Shown one piece after another: positions 1 through 9,263 of a stretch of 64,000 nt of DNA. Position numbers and translations under genes: made by a program. How positions within the stretch are numbered: position 1 is the first letter of the stretch; each line of letters opens with the position of its first letter. The notes under the pieces were generated by a model that had not been told where the DNA came from, did no database searches, and saw only the letters and a program-made list of their open reading frames with translations. The DNA is taken from contig CBDBOV010000005.1 in the NCBI GenBank assembly GCA_965208575.1, positions 1,197,092 to 1,261,091 of the forward strand, read 5' to 3'. This DNA comes from Spirochaetia bacterium. GTDB taxonomy: Bacteria; Spirochaetota; Spirochaetia; SZUA-6; Bin103.

Positions 1-104
1 GCGTGAACGTCGATCAGCGCGACGCCGCCGGCCAGACCGCCCTGGACCTGGCTCGCGCCAAGGGCAAGCCGAAGCTGGTGGCGTTCCTGGCGGGAAGTGT
101 GTGA
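1..104 (+). CDS. Ankyrin-repeat protein, C-terminal end (runs off window start)
   Basis: Frame from nt 3 reads VNVDQRDAAGQTALDLARAKGKPKLVAFLAGSV*, matching the ankyrin consensus (D..G.TAL..A...G...lV..L). Confidence 0.75.
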   Translation, partial: VNVDQRDAAGQTALDLARAKGKPKLVAFLAGSV

Positions 105-116
105 CGTAGGCCGAGC

Positions 117-395
117 ATGACCCCAGACGATACCCTGTTTCTGAAGAATTTCTTCCAGAAGGTAATCGAATTTCTGCCGATTGCCGATGATGATGCCAGG
201 TGGCTGGCTGCGATTGCAAATAGCCATCAGGCCGCGCTGGACAGTGCCAACCAGCTTCCGGTCCTGGCGCGCTTTTTGGACACCCACTTGGCACTCTGCT
301 ATCGCAATGGAGATGAGTGGTTCGATATACATCCACTCATCGCCGACCAAGTGGATCGGCAGGTTGAGGAATCCCGTGCGCGGTCCAAGACTTGA
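117..395 (+). pseudogene. Probable internally deleted P-loop ATPase (short N-terminus joined to C-terminal tail)
   Basis: 92 aa. The C-terminal motif LARFLDTHLALCYRNGDEWFDIHPLI resembles the tail of ATP-binding proteins that precede TPR genes. No Walker A/B. Stop overlaps next ATG (TGATG). Confidence 0.55.
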
Positions 396-2677
396 TGGGC
401 AGCGGATGCCGGATTGAGGAAGTCTTGCGATTAGCGCCAAGTGACGAGGTGCACTGGCAGCGGCTGCGCCGGCAGGTTGAGTGGGCGAACGAATTCTGGC
501 TCGGCTTTCTGTTCTGCCAGTCGCCGCAGGTTGCCGCGACCATTCGCGAGCGTGTTGAGCGCCTCCTGAGAGTCAGGGCGCGCACCATCCAAGCGGTGGT
601 GCCGACCAGCCCGGACGAGTTGGGCTCGCTGTTGCCGGTGCTGTTCGACCCTGCGATGGCGGCGCATGGACTGGTCTGGGTCGAAGCGATTCGTGCCGAC
701 TCTCCGGAAGTCCCTGCAGACCCGCCGGGCCCGTGGACGGCGGCGTGGGACAAGCTCCTGTTGCTGCTCAACGAGCGGCGCGATGCCCTGGGGCGCCACC
801 TTCAGGGTGGCTTGATGATGGTCGCGCCCATCGACATCAAACCGAGGGCGCGCATTGCCGCCCCCGACGTGTGGTCGATTCGTTCGGTGGTCATGGAACT
901 GCCGGCGCACCCCCAGATGTCCCTTGCCGGTAACCGAAACGGGGCGGGGCCGGCGAGTGACTTGCGCACGGTAGCCGATGAGCCGGCGTCGGCGGCGAGG
1001 ATGCAGTTTCGGCAAATTGAAGCGTTGCTCGCCAGGGGCGAGGCGGGGCAGGCGACCGAGCTGGCGCGGGAAGCCGTATCCGGTCTGCGACCCGTCTCGG
1101 TCCGCCTCTCCGCCGAGGCATTGGAGTGGCTTGGCAGGGCGCGGCGAGCGGCCGGGGACATCGCTGGCGCGCTCGATCACGTATCGGAAGCGATTCAACT
1201 GAGGCGTTCGCAGGTTGGCAACGGGGACGCGCTTCCGCCAGTGCAACGCGAGCTGGCCTCCAGCTTGGCACTCGCCGGGAACCTGCATCACGAGACCGGG
1301 GACTTGGACAACAGTGACTCCGCTCACCGGGAGTCACTGTCCATACGCAGGCAGTTGCTGCAGACGGAAGGCAAGACGCCGCAGACGCTCGGCGATACGG
1401 AAGCAGCGCTGTGTCGCGTGGCCGAGGTGCGAGGCGCGCGCGGCGATCTGGCGGGTGCGGCAGCGGCCTACGCAGAGGCCGTCGCGTTGGTTCGCAAACT
1501 GATCGAGTTGGTCGGCGAGGCTCCGCAGGCGCTCTCGGACCTCGTCGCCGCTTTGGACGGCCTTGGGCGGGTTACCCGGCGCAGCGGTGATCTGGCGCGC
1601 AGCAGGGCGGCGCACGAAGAGGCGCTCGCCCGGTATCGTCTGCTGTTGGCCAAGACGGAGCCATCGCCGGCGGCGCTGCGTCGGTTAGCGGCGCTCCTCA
1701 ACAATGCCGGCAACGGGCTGGTCGAGCACGGAGATTACGCGCTGGCGCGGGAGGCATTCGAGGAGGCCGTGGCGCTCAATCGACGATTGCTGGAAGCCAA
1801 TGGCGAAGCGCTCGACGCGTTACGGGATTTGTCCATAAGCCTCAACGGTCTGGGGAACGCGCACCTGGAGGGACACGACGTAACGGGCGCCGCGACGGCA
1901 TATCGGGAAGCGCTCGGTCTCCGCAGGCGGGCAGTGGCGATGGAGGAGACGCCGGAGACCCTGCGCGAGGTTGCGTTATCTCTGGACCACGTCGGGTTCG
2001 TGCAACAGATGGCGGGGGAGCCGGCGGCGGCCCTGGCTACCCTTGAGGAGTCGCTTACGCTGTTCCGACGATTGCTGGGTTCGCACGGCGAGACACCGCG
2101 GGCCCTGCGCGGTCTCTCCGGCAGCCTGGACAGCGTGGGGCGGCTCCGGCGAGAGACAGGCGACTTGACGGGGAGTGTGGACGCACACCGAGAGTCCGTA
2201 GCGCTTGCTCGCCGGCTGCTGGGGGAGTTGGGCCCATCACCGGAAACGCTCCGTGACCTGTCGGTCAGCCTGGTGAACGTCGGGACGAGCCAAAGGGAGG
2301 CCGGGAGTCTGTCGGCAAGCATTGCAGCATATGAGGAAGCGATTGTGCTGCGGCGTCGCCGGATTGCGGACTATGGAGAGACGCCTGAGGCGTTGGCCGA
2401 CCTGGCGACGAGTCTTGCCGACCTCGGCCGCGTCATGCGCGACACCAATCGCGAGCAAGCCGCAGCCGCGTTGGGAGAGTCTCTCTCCTTGTTCCGGCGC
2501 TGGGAAGAAGTGTTGGGCAAGACGCCCCAGACGATGGGGGAGATCGCCGCCAGACTAGACGGCGTTGCCGCCGCGCGCAGGGACGCAGGCGACTCCGCCG
2601 GAGCCGCAGACGCAGCCAAGGAGGCCGAGATCATTCGGCAGCGGGTGCAGTCAATCGGCGCCGGGCTCGCCGAATAG
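395..2677 (+). CDS. Tetratricopeptide-repeat protein with N-terminal degenerate NTPase-like domain
   Basis: About 10 helical repeats of ~48 aa (LRDLSxSLxxxGxxxxxxGDxxxAxxAYxEAxxLxRRL). N-domain contains LNERRD and APDVWSIRS. Confidence 0.85.
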   Translation: MGSGCRIEEVLRLAPSDEVHWQRLRRQVEWANEFWLGFLFCQSPQVAATIRERVERLLRVRARTIQAVVPTSPDELGSLLPVLFDPAMAAHGLVWVEAIRADSPEVPADPPGPWTAAWDKLLLLLNERRDALGRHLQGGLMMVAPIDIKPRARIAAPDVWSIRSVVMELPAHPQMSLAGNRNGAGPASDLRTVADEPASAARMQFRQIEALLARGEAGQATELAREAVSGLRPVSVRLSAEALEWLGRARRAAGDIAGALDHVSEAIQLRRSQVGNGDALPPVQRELASSLALAGNLHHETGDLDNSDSAHRESLSIRRQLLQTEGKTPQTLGDTEAALCRVAEVRGARGDLAGAAAAYAEAVALVRKLIELVGEAPQALSDLVAALDGLGRVTRRSGDLARSRAAHEEALARYRLLLAKTEPSPAALRRLAALLNNAGNGLVEHGDYALAREAFEEAVALNRRLLEANGEALDALRDLSISLNGLGNAHLEGHDVTGAATAYREALGLRRRAVAMEETPETLREVALSLDHVGFVQQMAGEPAAALATLEESLTLFRRLLGSHGETPRALRGLSGSLDSVGRLRRETGDLTGSVDAHRESVALARRLLGELGPSPETLRDLSVSLVNVGTSQREAGSLSASIAAYEEAIVLRRRRIADYGETPEALADLATSLADLGRVMRDTNREQAAAALGESLSLFRRWEEVLGKTPQTMGEIAARLDGVAAARRDAGDSAGAADAAKEAEIIRQRVQSIGAGLAE

Positions 2678-2935
2678 CTTGCGGTCCCAGTCGGCGACCA
2701 GTTCGGCGATGACGGCGTCGAGCACCTCGCGGGGGGCGCCGTCGCGCTGCTCGCGCGGGCCCCACTTCCACTGCTCCAGGTACTCGTCCGAGCCGTACAG
2801 GCCCTCCTCCATGGCCACGCGGTCGATCTCTTCCTGGTAGCGCGGCGGGAGCTGGCCTGAAATGCGCACTCCGCCGCCGGAGGCGCGCACCTGGGCGGGG
2901 ATCTGCTGCCACCTGAGGACGCGGTACTCAGCCAT
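2651..2935 (-). CDS. 'Virulence factor' family small protein (CvfA/B/C-like, PF13769 type), usually found in corrinoid methyltransferase clusters
   Basis: WQQIPAQV...LPPRYQEEIDRVAM...SDEYLEQWKW motif. Coupled to the upstream pterin-binding gene. Confidence 0.75.
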   Translation of the reverse strand: MAEYRVLRWQQIPAQVRASGGGVRISGQLPPRYQEEIDRVAMEEGLYGSDEYLEQWKWGPREQRDGAPREVLDAVIAELVADWDRKLFGEPGAD

Positions 2936-3962
2936 CGGTCACCAGCTCTCCCTTGCGGTGCGCGCGGATGAACGACGCGCAGTACCGGTCGCGGCCGAGC
3001 AGCAGGTCGGCAGCCATCCGGTAGCGGCGCGAGCCGCGGTCGATGCCGAGCACGCTGTCGATGTGGCTGGTGACCGGGTCGAGGATGCCGCTGTCGGCGC
3101 CGGCGTCGATCGCCAGGCGCAGGAACACGTCATTGATCAGGCGCCGCTGGGGCATGCCGAACGACACGTTGCTGAAGCCGCCGGTAATGTGCAGTTCGGC
3201 GCCGTAGTGCCGGCGCAGCTCGCGGATGGCGTCCAGGCAGTGGTTGCCGAATTCCTGGTCCACCGCGATCGGGAACACCAGCGGGTCCACGTAGATGTCC
3301 GCCGCCGGGATGCCGCGCTGCAGCGCCGCGTCCACCATCCGGGACGCGTTCGCCACCCGTTCGGCGGTGTCGTTCGGCATGCCCGACTCGCCGGCGGCGG
3401 TCACGATCACCTGCACGTCGAATTCGCGCGCCAGATCGAGCGCGTCGAGCCGCTCCAGGGAGGCGGAGTTGAGCAGCCCGCGGGCGCCGTCCGCGCCGTC
3501 GCTCCATGCCTCCAGCCCGGCCCGGATGATGTCGATGTTGGATGAGTCGATCGACAGCGGCAGGCGGCTCGCACGCCGTATCGTGCGCACCAGCCAGGCC
3601 ATCGCCGCCTGCTGATCCTCCAGGCGAAGCGAAATCTCGTCCACGTTGAGGTCGAGAAAGTGGGCGCCGGCATCCTCCTGGCGTTGCGCCAGCCGCTGCA
3701 GGTAACGGAGCCCCTCGGCCGCCCCCGCGCCGCCCGCCATCGCTTCGCGGACGGCGATCTGCACGTGCTTTACGCGGCCCTCCTCGAAGTCCTGGGTGGT
3801 GCGAAACGCATCCGGGATCGGCAGATGGCGCACCTCGCCCGACCTGGTGCGGTAGTTCACCGCCTGCGCACCGCCGGGCAGGTCGCTGATCCGGCTGCCC
3901 TTGCGGCGCAGCACGCGGGTCGTGTGGATGTTCTCGCCGATCACGATGAAAGTGTCGTTCAT
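2928..3962 (-). CDS. Pterin-binding (DHPS-fold) methyltetrahydrofolate:corrinoid methyltransferase, AcsE/MetH-pterin-domain-like
   Basis: Start MNDTFIVIGENIHTTR. Motifs GAHFLDLNVD, PLSIDSS, LLNSASLE, YVDPLVFPI, TGGFSNVSFGMPQR. Confidence 0.85.
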   Translation of the reverse strand: MNDTFIVIGENIHTTRVLRRKGSRISDLPGGAQAVNYRTRSGEVRHLPIPDAFRTTQDFEEGRVKHVQIAVREAMAGGAGAAEGLRYLQRLAQRQEDAGAHFLDLNVDEISLRLEDQQAAMAWLVRTIRRASRLPLSIDSSNIDIIRAGLEAWSDGADGARGLLNSASLERLDALDLAREFDVQVIVTAAGESGMPNDTAERVANASRMVDAALQRGIPAADIYVDPLVFPIAVDQEFGNHCLDAIRELRRHYGAELHITGGFSNVSFGMPQRRLINDVFLRLAIDAGADSGILDPVTSHIDSVLGIDRGSRRYRMAADLLLGRDRYCASFIRAHRKGELVTDG

Positions 3963-5593
3963 TGCTTGGTCTGTTCCTCGGGTGCCGCGCCCGAACCAGG
4001 GTCGGGGCGGTGGGCGAAGTGGTCGCGTCCCAGGTACGTGTTGGTCCAGGCGCTGGTACCGGCAAGGGCGGCGTTCTTGATGATCGCCGGCCCGTCGAGC
4101 ATGGTGCGTTCCTCGCCGTACGCCTTGAGCCGGTCGTAGGCGCGCGCCCAGATGCACTCCTTGTCGCCGATCTCGCACGTACCCTCGCGAGTGCCCCCGC
4201 AGGGGCCGTTGCGCTGGTTCTTGACGCACTGCGACTCCGGGCACAGGTAGGCGATGTCGGGCAGCGAGCAGTCGCCGCAGTCGCGGCAGTCGTACACCGT
4301 GGACTTGGCGGCGTGCTCGAGCTTGTGGAACAGCCGGCGGCCGCGCCTCCCGCTCTGCTCGACGGCGCGCGCCAGCTTGCGCCCGGCCTCGAAGCCCGGC
4401 GTGTCGGGCGTGAAGACCGCGTCGTGTACCGTGCGGCTCAGCTTGTATCCGAGCGGTACCCGCTGTCGCAGCCGCCCGAGCGCGTCCGGCTGCCGTGACG
4501 CCAGGTAGTTGCGGCTTACCTCGCTGCCGCTGGTGCCGGCCAGCTCGCCCGGCTCGAAGTAGTAGAATTCGTCCGGGAAGTGGAAGTGCACGTCGCCGGT
4601 GAACTGGCGCCAGTCGTCGGCGCCGAAGCCGGCGGCCATCTGCAGCACGCATTCGATGTCCGCGTGCCGGGTCAGGCCGCCGAGATAGGCGCCGCGGTAG
4701 CCGAGACCGCGCGCGATCGCCACCTGCTTGGCGGCCAGTTCCAGGAAGAACGCCTTGCCCTTGTCCGGTGATGCGGCGTGCTTCTCGGCCAGCTCCAGCA
4801 ACTCCGGCAGCACCACCACGCCGGGAATCCTGCCGGAGGCGAAGAAGCGCGCCGCCGCGCCGCTCAGGACATACACGTTGGCCACCACCGGCACGTCGAG
4901 CCGGTGCGCGGCCATGTAGCGCAGCAGCTCGTCCTGTTTGCGGGCGTCCCAGCCGATCTGGCTGATGATGAACCGCGCGCCGTTGGCGATTTTCTTGGCC
5001 AGCTTGAAGTACTGCGGCATCACCTCGCGCTCGTGCCGCTTGTGGTTGTTGATCACCGCGCCCAGGAAGAAGCGCGTCGGCGTCAGGGTGCGCCGGCCGG
5101 CGCGGATGCCGGCGTTCATGTCCGAGAACATGCGCAGCAGGCCCACCGAATCGGTATCGAACACCGGGCTCGCCTGACCCTGGTAGCCGCCCACCGGATA
5201 GTCGCCCGACAGGGCCAGGATATTGTCGAACCCGAGACTCGCGAGCTGCCAGCCGCGGCTCTCCAGGGCATTGCGGTTCCAATCCTTGCAGGACAGGTGA
5301 ATCACCACCTCCTGACCGCGCGAGATCAGGTCGGTGCCGAGCGCGTCGGCGCCGAACATCGCGTTGCCGCCCGGGTTATCGGTGATCGACAACGCATGTA
5401 TGTCCTTGTGTTCAACAAGGTTGCGAGCCAAATTGAGCACTCGCTTCCCCGCTCGATCGGTGAGCATGCCGCGCGAGGTGACCAACTCCACCAAGTGCAG
5501 AAAGGTATCCGTCCGCTCCAGCAGCGCGCGCAGCGTGCGGGACCCCGGCGTGGTTCGCGGGGCGGGAGTTCGTGCCTCGCGGGCGCTGTTCAT
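3959..5593 (-). CDS. metF: Methylenetetrahydrofolate reductase fused to C-terminal Cys-rich MetV-like domain
   Basis: MetF motifs SITDNPGG, HLSCKDWNR, ILALSGD, KKIANGARFIISQIGWD. C-terminal CRDCGDC..CPESQCVKNQRNGPCGG..CE..CIW. Start chosen at MNSAREA. Confidence 0.8.
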   Translation of the reverse strand: MNSAREARTPAPRTTPGSRTLRALLERTDTFLHLVELVTSRGMLTDRAGKRVLNLARNLVEHKDIHALSITDNPGGNAMFGADALGTDLISRGQEVVIHLSCKDWNRNALESRGWQLASLGFDNILALSGDYPVGGYQGQASPVFDTDSVGLLRMFSDMNAGIRAGRRTLTPTRFFLGAVINNHKRHEREVMPQYFKLAKKIANGARFIISQIGWDARKQDELLRYMAAHRLDVPVVANVYVLSGAAARFFASGRIPGVVVLPELLELAEKHAASPDKGKAFFLELAAKQVAIARGLGYRGAYLGGLTRHADIECVLQMAAGFGADDWRQFTGDVHFHFPDEFYYFEPGELAGTSGSEVSRNYLASRQPDALGRLRQRVPLGYKLSRTVHDAVFTPDTPGFEAGRKLARAVEQSGRRGRRLFHKLEHAAKSTVYDCRDCGDCSLPDIAYLCPESQCVKNQRNGPCGGTREGTCEIGDKECIWARAYDRLKAYGEERTMLDGPAIIKNAALAGTSAWTNTYLGRDHFAHRPDPGSGAAPEEQTKQ

Positions 5594-5730
5594 CGGGTTG
5601 CCAGTCGCGCGGACGGCGTGCGGGTGCATGGCACGCGCACGCTTACCGTTTCCGGGGCAGCCGGGCAGCATTCGCCGTCGCGGCCCGCGGTGCGCCCCAA
5701 CCACTTCTCCAAAGGCTTCGGACGAATCAC

Positions 5731-6540
5731 CTATCTGGTTGCCTTCAGGGAAAATATCTGAGGGATCGAAGCGTTGTGCGCAGGCAGCCGCCACCAGCCG
5801 TCGCGGCAACGCACCATGCCGGGCAGCGCACGGTAGTTGCTGAATGGAAACTCGTGCACGTACTGCAGGCGCAGCCCGGCATCGAGCACGGCGTTCAGAA
5901 TCTCGGCCATGCTGTGGCGCCATTCGTAGCTCGGCGACGGGATCGTCTCATCGCCCGCGTAGCTGTAGCCGTTGCCGCCGTACCGCGTGCCCGCCGGATC
6001 GGGGAAGTAGGGATTGCGGACGCGCAGCTCGGAATCGTCGAGGTTGTCGTCATCGGCGAAGATGTGGCACAGCGGGTGGCCCTCGAACAGGTAGAAGGTG
6101 CCGCCCGGCTTCAGGAATCGGGCGGCCACCTCGGCCCAGGCGGTGAGGTCGGGCAGCCACACCAGCACGCCCGAAGCAGTGTACACCACGTCGAACTGTT
6201 CGTCGAGCGCCTCCGGCAGGTCGTACACGTTGCTGCAAATGAATCGCGTGTCCAGCCCCAGTTCGGCGCTCAGGCCGCGGGCCAGCTCGATCGCCGCGTC
6301 GGAGAAGTCCACTCCCGTCGCCCGTGCGCCGAGCCGCGACCACGACATGGTGTCCATGCCGAAGTGGCATTGCAGGTGCAGCAGGCTCTTGCCGGGTACC
6401 GGACCGACCTCCTCGCGCTCGATGTCGTTGAGCGAGATGGCGCCCGCCCTGAACCGGTCCACGCCGTAGAAGTCGGAGGCGGCGTGCACCGGCACGCGTT
6501 CGTTCCAGTTCTGCCGGTTCACGGCCAGACGCGGGTCCAT
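5731..6540 (-). CDS. Class I SAM-dependent methyltransferase
   Basis: NRQNWNERVPVHAASDFY, LLHLQCHFGMDT, GVDFS, FDVVYT, LKPGGTFY. Confidence 0.9.
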   Translation of the reverse strand: MDPRLAVNRQNWNERVPVHAASDFYGVDRFRAGAISLNDIEREEVGPVPGKSLLHLQCHFGMDTMSWSRLGARATGVDFSDAAIELARGLSAELGLDTRFICSNVYDLPEALDEQFDVVYTASGVLVWLPDLTAWAEVAARFLKPGGTFYLFEGHPLCHIFADDDNLDDSELRVRNPYFPDPAGTRYGGNGYSYAGDETIPSPSYEWRHSMAEILNAVLDAGLRLQYVHEFPFSNYRALPGMVRCRDGWWRLPAHNASIPQIFSLKATR

Positions 6541-6648
6541 GACCAAAGCTACTTCCGGCTTCGGTCTCGCGGCTACCGGCAGCACGGTTTTCGCCTCTGT
6601 TCGCCCGCGCTTTACCTGTCCGGCGGCGTCGGAGTACGGTTTCGGCAC

Positions 6649-7413
6649 ATGGAACTGCGCAAGAATCGCATCAAGCAGAAGTTGGCGGCCGGCGGGGTGG
6701 CCACCGTGGTCAGCGGCATCACCCATCCCGACGACATCGACGCGTTCGGTCCGATCGCCGAGGCCACCGGTGTCGACGGCGTGTGGCTGGAGGGCGAGCA
6801 CGGGGCGGTGGACGCCGCCGAGCTGGGCAACCTTACCCGCGCCTGCGACATCTGGGGCCTGACCTCGGTGGTGCGTGTCAACGACAACCACCAGGGGCTG
6901 ATCTACCGTACGCTCGACCGTGGCGCACAGGCGGTGGTAGTGCCGCATGTCAACACGCGCGCGGAAGCGGAAAACGTCGTGGCGGGCGGCAAGTTCGCGC
7001 CGGAAGGCAAGCGTGGCATGTACACCAGCCGCCAGTATTACGGCGTGGACGGCTACGTGCACAGCGGCAATGACGAGACCTGCCTGATCGTGCTGATCGA
7101 GGACATCGCCGCGCACGCCAACCTGGACGAGATCCTTGCGGTCGATCACATCGACGTGTTCTTCGTAGCGCCGTCCGACTATGCCGCCTCCATGGGCCAC
7201 ATCGGCGAAACCGGCCACCCGGCGGTAAGGGAGAAGATCGAAGACTCGATCCGGCGCATCGCGGCGGCCGGCAAGGTTGCCGGTTCGCTGACCAGCAACG
7301 AGGACGTGGCGGACTACGTCGCCATGGGGGTGCGCTTCGTCCTCACGGCAACCAAGGGCTGGCTGCAGGCGGGCGCCGCCGGGTACACCGCGGCGGCACG
7401 CGAAGGTTCCTGA
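6649..7413 (+). CDS. HpcH/HpaI aldolase/citrate lyase family protein
   Basis: [50 protein letters not shown]. Confidence 0.9.
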   Translation: MELRKNRIKQKLAAGGVATVVSGITHPDDIDAFGPIAEATGVDGVWLEGEHGAVDAAELGNLTRACDIWGLTSVVRVNDNHQGLIYRTLDRGAQAVVVPHVNTRAEAENVVAGGKFAPEGKRGMYTSRQYYGVDGYVHSGNDETCLIVLIEDIAAHANLDEILAVDHIDVFFVAPSDYAASMGHIGETGHPAVREKIEDSIRRIAAAGKVAGSLTSNEDVADYVAMGVRFVLTATKGWLQAGAAGYTAAAREGS

Positions 7414-7445
7414 ACGCGCACGCAGCGGCGGCACGGAGGCTGGCA

Positions 7446-7628
7446 ATGCAGGCGTTGGTTCGCTACGCCCACGTCTATCCGCGCGCACTGGCGCTGATGG
7501 AGAGCGGCGCCATCGACGTGCGGCCCCTGATCACCGACACGTTCCCGTTCGCCGACAGCGTGGCGGCATTCGAGTTTGCCGCGGCCATGCCGGAAGCCAG
7601 CGTCAAGGCGCAGATTACGCTGCAATGA
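7446..7628 (+). pseudogene. C-terminal fragment of a Zn-dependent polyol (xylitol/sorbitol-type) dehydrogenase
   Basis: [41 protein letters not shown]...VKAQI matches the last ~55 aa of MDR polyol dehydrogenases. The rest of the gene is absent. Confidence 0.7.
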
Positions 7629-7649
7629 CGCGCTCGGCATTCTGCCGCG

Positions 7650-9218
7650 TCAGCGTCCGCCGCGGTGTACTTCCAGGCAGGTCATGTGCGACTTGGCAGC
7701 GCCGAGCGAGCGCCAGGTGAAGCTGCACTCCGGATAGGCGCGGCCGGCGACGAGCCGGAGCAGGCCGCCGTTGAACCAGTTGACCACCGAGCCGTCATAC
7801 TTCGCCGGTCCGTGGTAGGACGCATACGGGGCTGCGCCGTCACGGTCGCGGATCATGATGTCGGTTATCTCCAGCACCCCGTGCGGGTGGAGCAGGCCGA
7901 TCAGTCGCAGACACGCGCCGATGGCACGGTCCGACAGCGGGATGCGCCGGTCCGGTCCCGGTGCCGCCACCTCCGGCGGCAGCGCCCCCGCCGGTGCCTG
8001 CCAGGTTGCGACGCTGTCGGGATCGGCTACCTCCACCAGCCGCTCGCGCAGCCTGAGGCCGCTGCCGCGAAATGCGGGGTTGCCGAACAGGTCCTGCCAG
8101 AACAGGTACCATCCGCGTTCGCCGTCGGTGGCGCCGTGCGCCGCGAACCTGTCCCGGCGGTGCTCCAGGAAGCGGCCGACGGCGCCGGTGGCAGTGCCTG
8201 CCATGCCGCGAAGATCGGTTGCCAGGCGACCGGGGTTCAACCCGTGCCGCGCGGCGAGCCACTCGAGCGCGGCTGCCGGCAGGTACAGGCAGGTGTGCAA
8301 CTGGTAGTGACGGCCGCCGATCTGCACCAGTTCTTCGCCCGGCAGGTTGTCGAGCAGGTTGGTCAGGTGCGCGCCGAGTATCCGCCCTCGATAAGCCTCC
8401 AGCGCGTGTCCCGGCCGCGTCAGGTCGAACGCGAGGTAGTGGACCGAGACCGAGCCGCGCCGCTGTCCGAGGCGCGTGCGGGCACGGCGCAGGGCGCCGG
8501 GAGAGCGGTCGGCGACGAGGTAGTCCACGGCCTCCAGCCGTGCGAGGTGGCGAATCATCGTCTCTGCATACCCGGTGTCCGCGGCGCCGACATCGAGGTA
8601 GGCGAGCGGCAGTGCCCGCGCCGCGCCGCCGCTGCCGCGTGCGCGGCGCACCCGGGCGCAGAATCGGCGGGCGTGTTCGGCGGTGCGGACCGGGTCGCTG
8701 TCCGGCGAGCCGCCGATCGAGTCATGCGCGTTCCGGCCGACGGCGGCCATGTAGGCGGGCAAGTGGTGCCAGAACGCGGCGTTGAAATCCCATATCGGGC
8801 TCTCTCCCGCGTTCCCGTAGCCGCCAATGTCGATGCCCGGCGCCTGCAACGGGCCGTCGAGTGCCTCGGCGACGTGGCATGCGAATTCCGCCGGCGATCC
8901 TGTCTGGCCCAAGTCGACCGTCAGTTCCCGCGCGCGGGTGCCGTCCGCGTGGTGGATCTCGCGCAGCGCAACCGCCCGGCGGAAGTGCTGCCGGTAGGAG
9001 ATCCGGCTCCAGCACACCCGGTCCGGCACCGGGCGCATCGCCGCGCGCCGCTCGGCCAGCACACGCAGCCCGCGCGCCACCACGGGTGCCGATTCGCCGG
9101 CCGCGATGCCGGGCGCGAAGCGATGAACGATCCCGTCCGCGACCGGCGGGAGGAGGCCCGACCGCGGCACCGTCACCGCGGCATCCGGCGCAGGGGAGGG
9201 CACGCACGCGGCCGGCAC
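7650..9218 (-). CDS. Putative SAM-dependent methyltransferase-fold protein with N-terminal extension
   Basis: Motif-I-like YLDVGAADTGYA, YLVADRS, LTNLLDNLP, GPAKYDGSVVNWFNG. Start uncertain. Confidence 0.6.
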   Translation of the reverse strand: MPAACVPSPAPDAAVTVPRSGLLPPVADGIVHRFAPGIAAGESAPVVARGLRVLAERRAAMRPVPDRVCWSRISYRQHFRRAVALREIHHADGTRARELTVDLGQTGSPAEFACHVAEALDGPLQAPGIDIGGYGNAGESPIWDFNAAFWHHLPAYMAAVGRNAHDSIGGSPDSDPVRTAEHARRFCARVRRARGSGGAARALPLAYLDVGAADTGYAETMIRHLARLEAVDYLVADRSPGALRRARTRLGQRRGSVSVHYLAFDLTRPGHALEAYRGRILGAHLTNLLDNLPGEELVQIGGRHYQLHTCLYLPAAALEWLAARHGLNPGRLATDLRGMAGTATGAVGRFLEHRRDRFAAHGATDGERGWYLFWQDLFGNPAFRGSGLRLRERLVEVADPDSVATWQAPAGALPPEVAAPGPDRRIPLSDRAIGACLRLIGLLHPHGVLEITDIMIRDRDGAAPYASYHGPAKYDGSVVNWFNGGLLRLVAGRAYPECSFTWRSLGAAKSHMTCLEVHRGGR

Positions 9219-9246
9219 CGGGCGTGTAGCGCCCCGCGACTACATC

Positions 9247-9263
9247 GCACGACGCGGTCGTGC
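9247..9263. other. Perfect GC-rich hairpin closing the repeat array
   Basis: GCACGAC-gcg-GTCGTGC. No U-tract, so terminator function is uncertain. Confidence 0.4.

Noticed and set aside
2928-7488. 784-, 654-, 613- and 585-aa ORFs as full-length proteins
   Set aside because: The upstream parts overlap real neighbouring genes in other frames. Recognisable domains start at 3962, 5593, 6649 and 6540.
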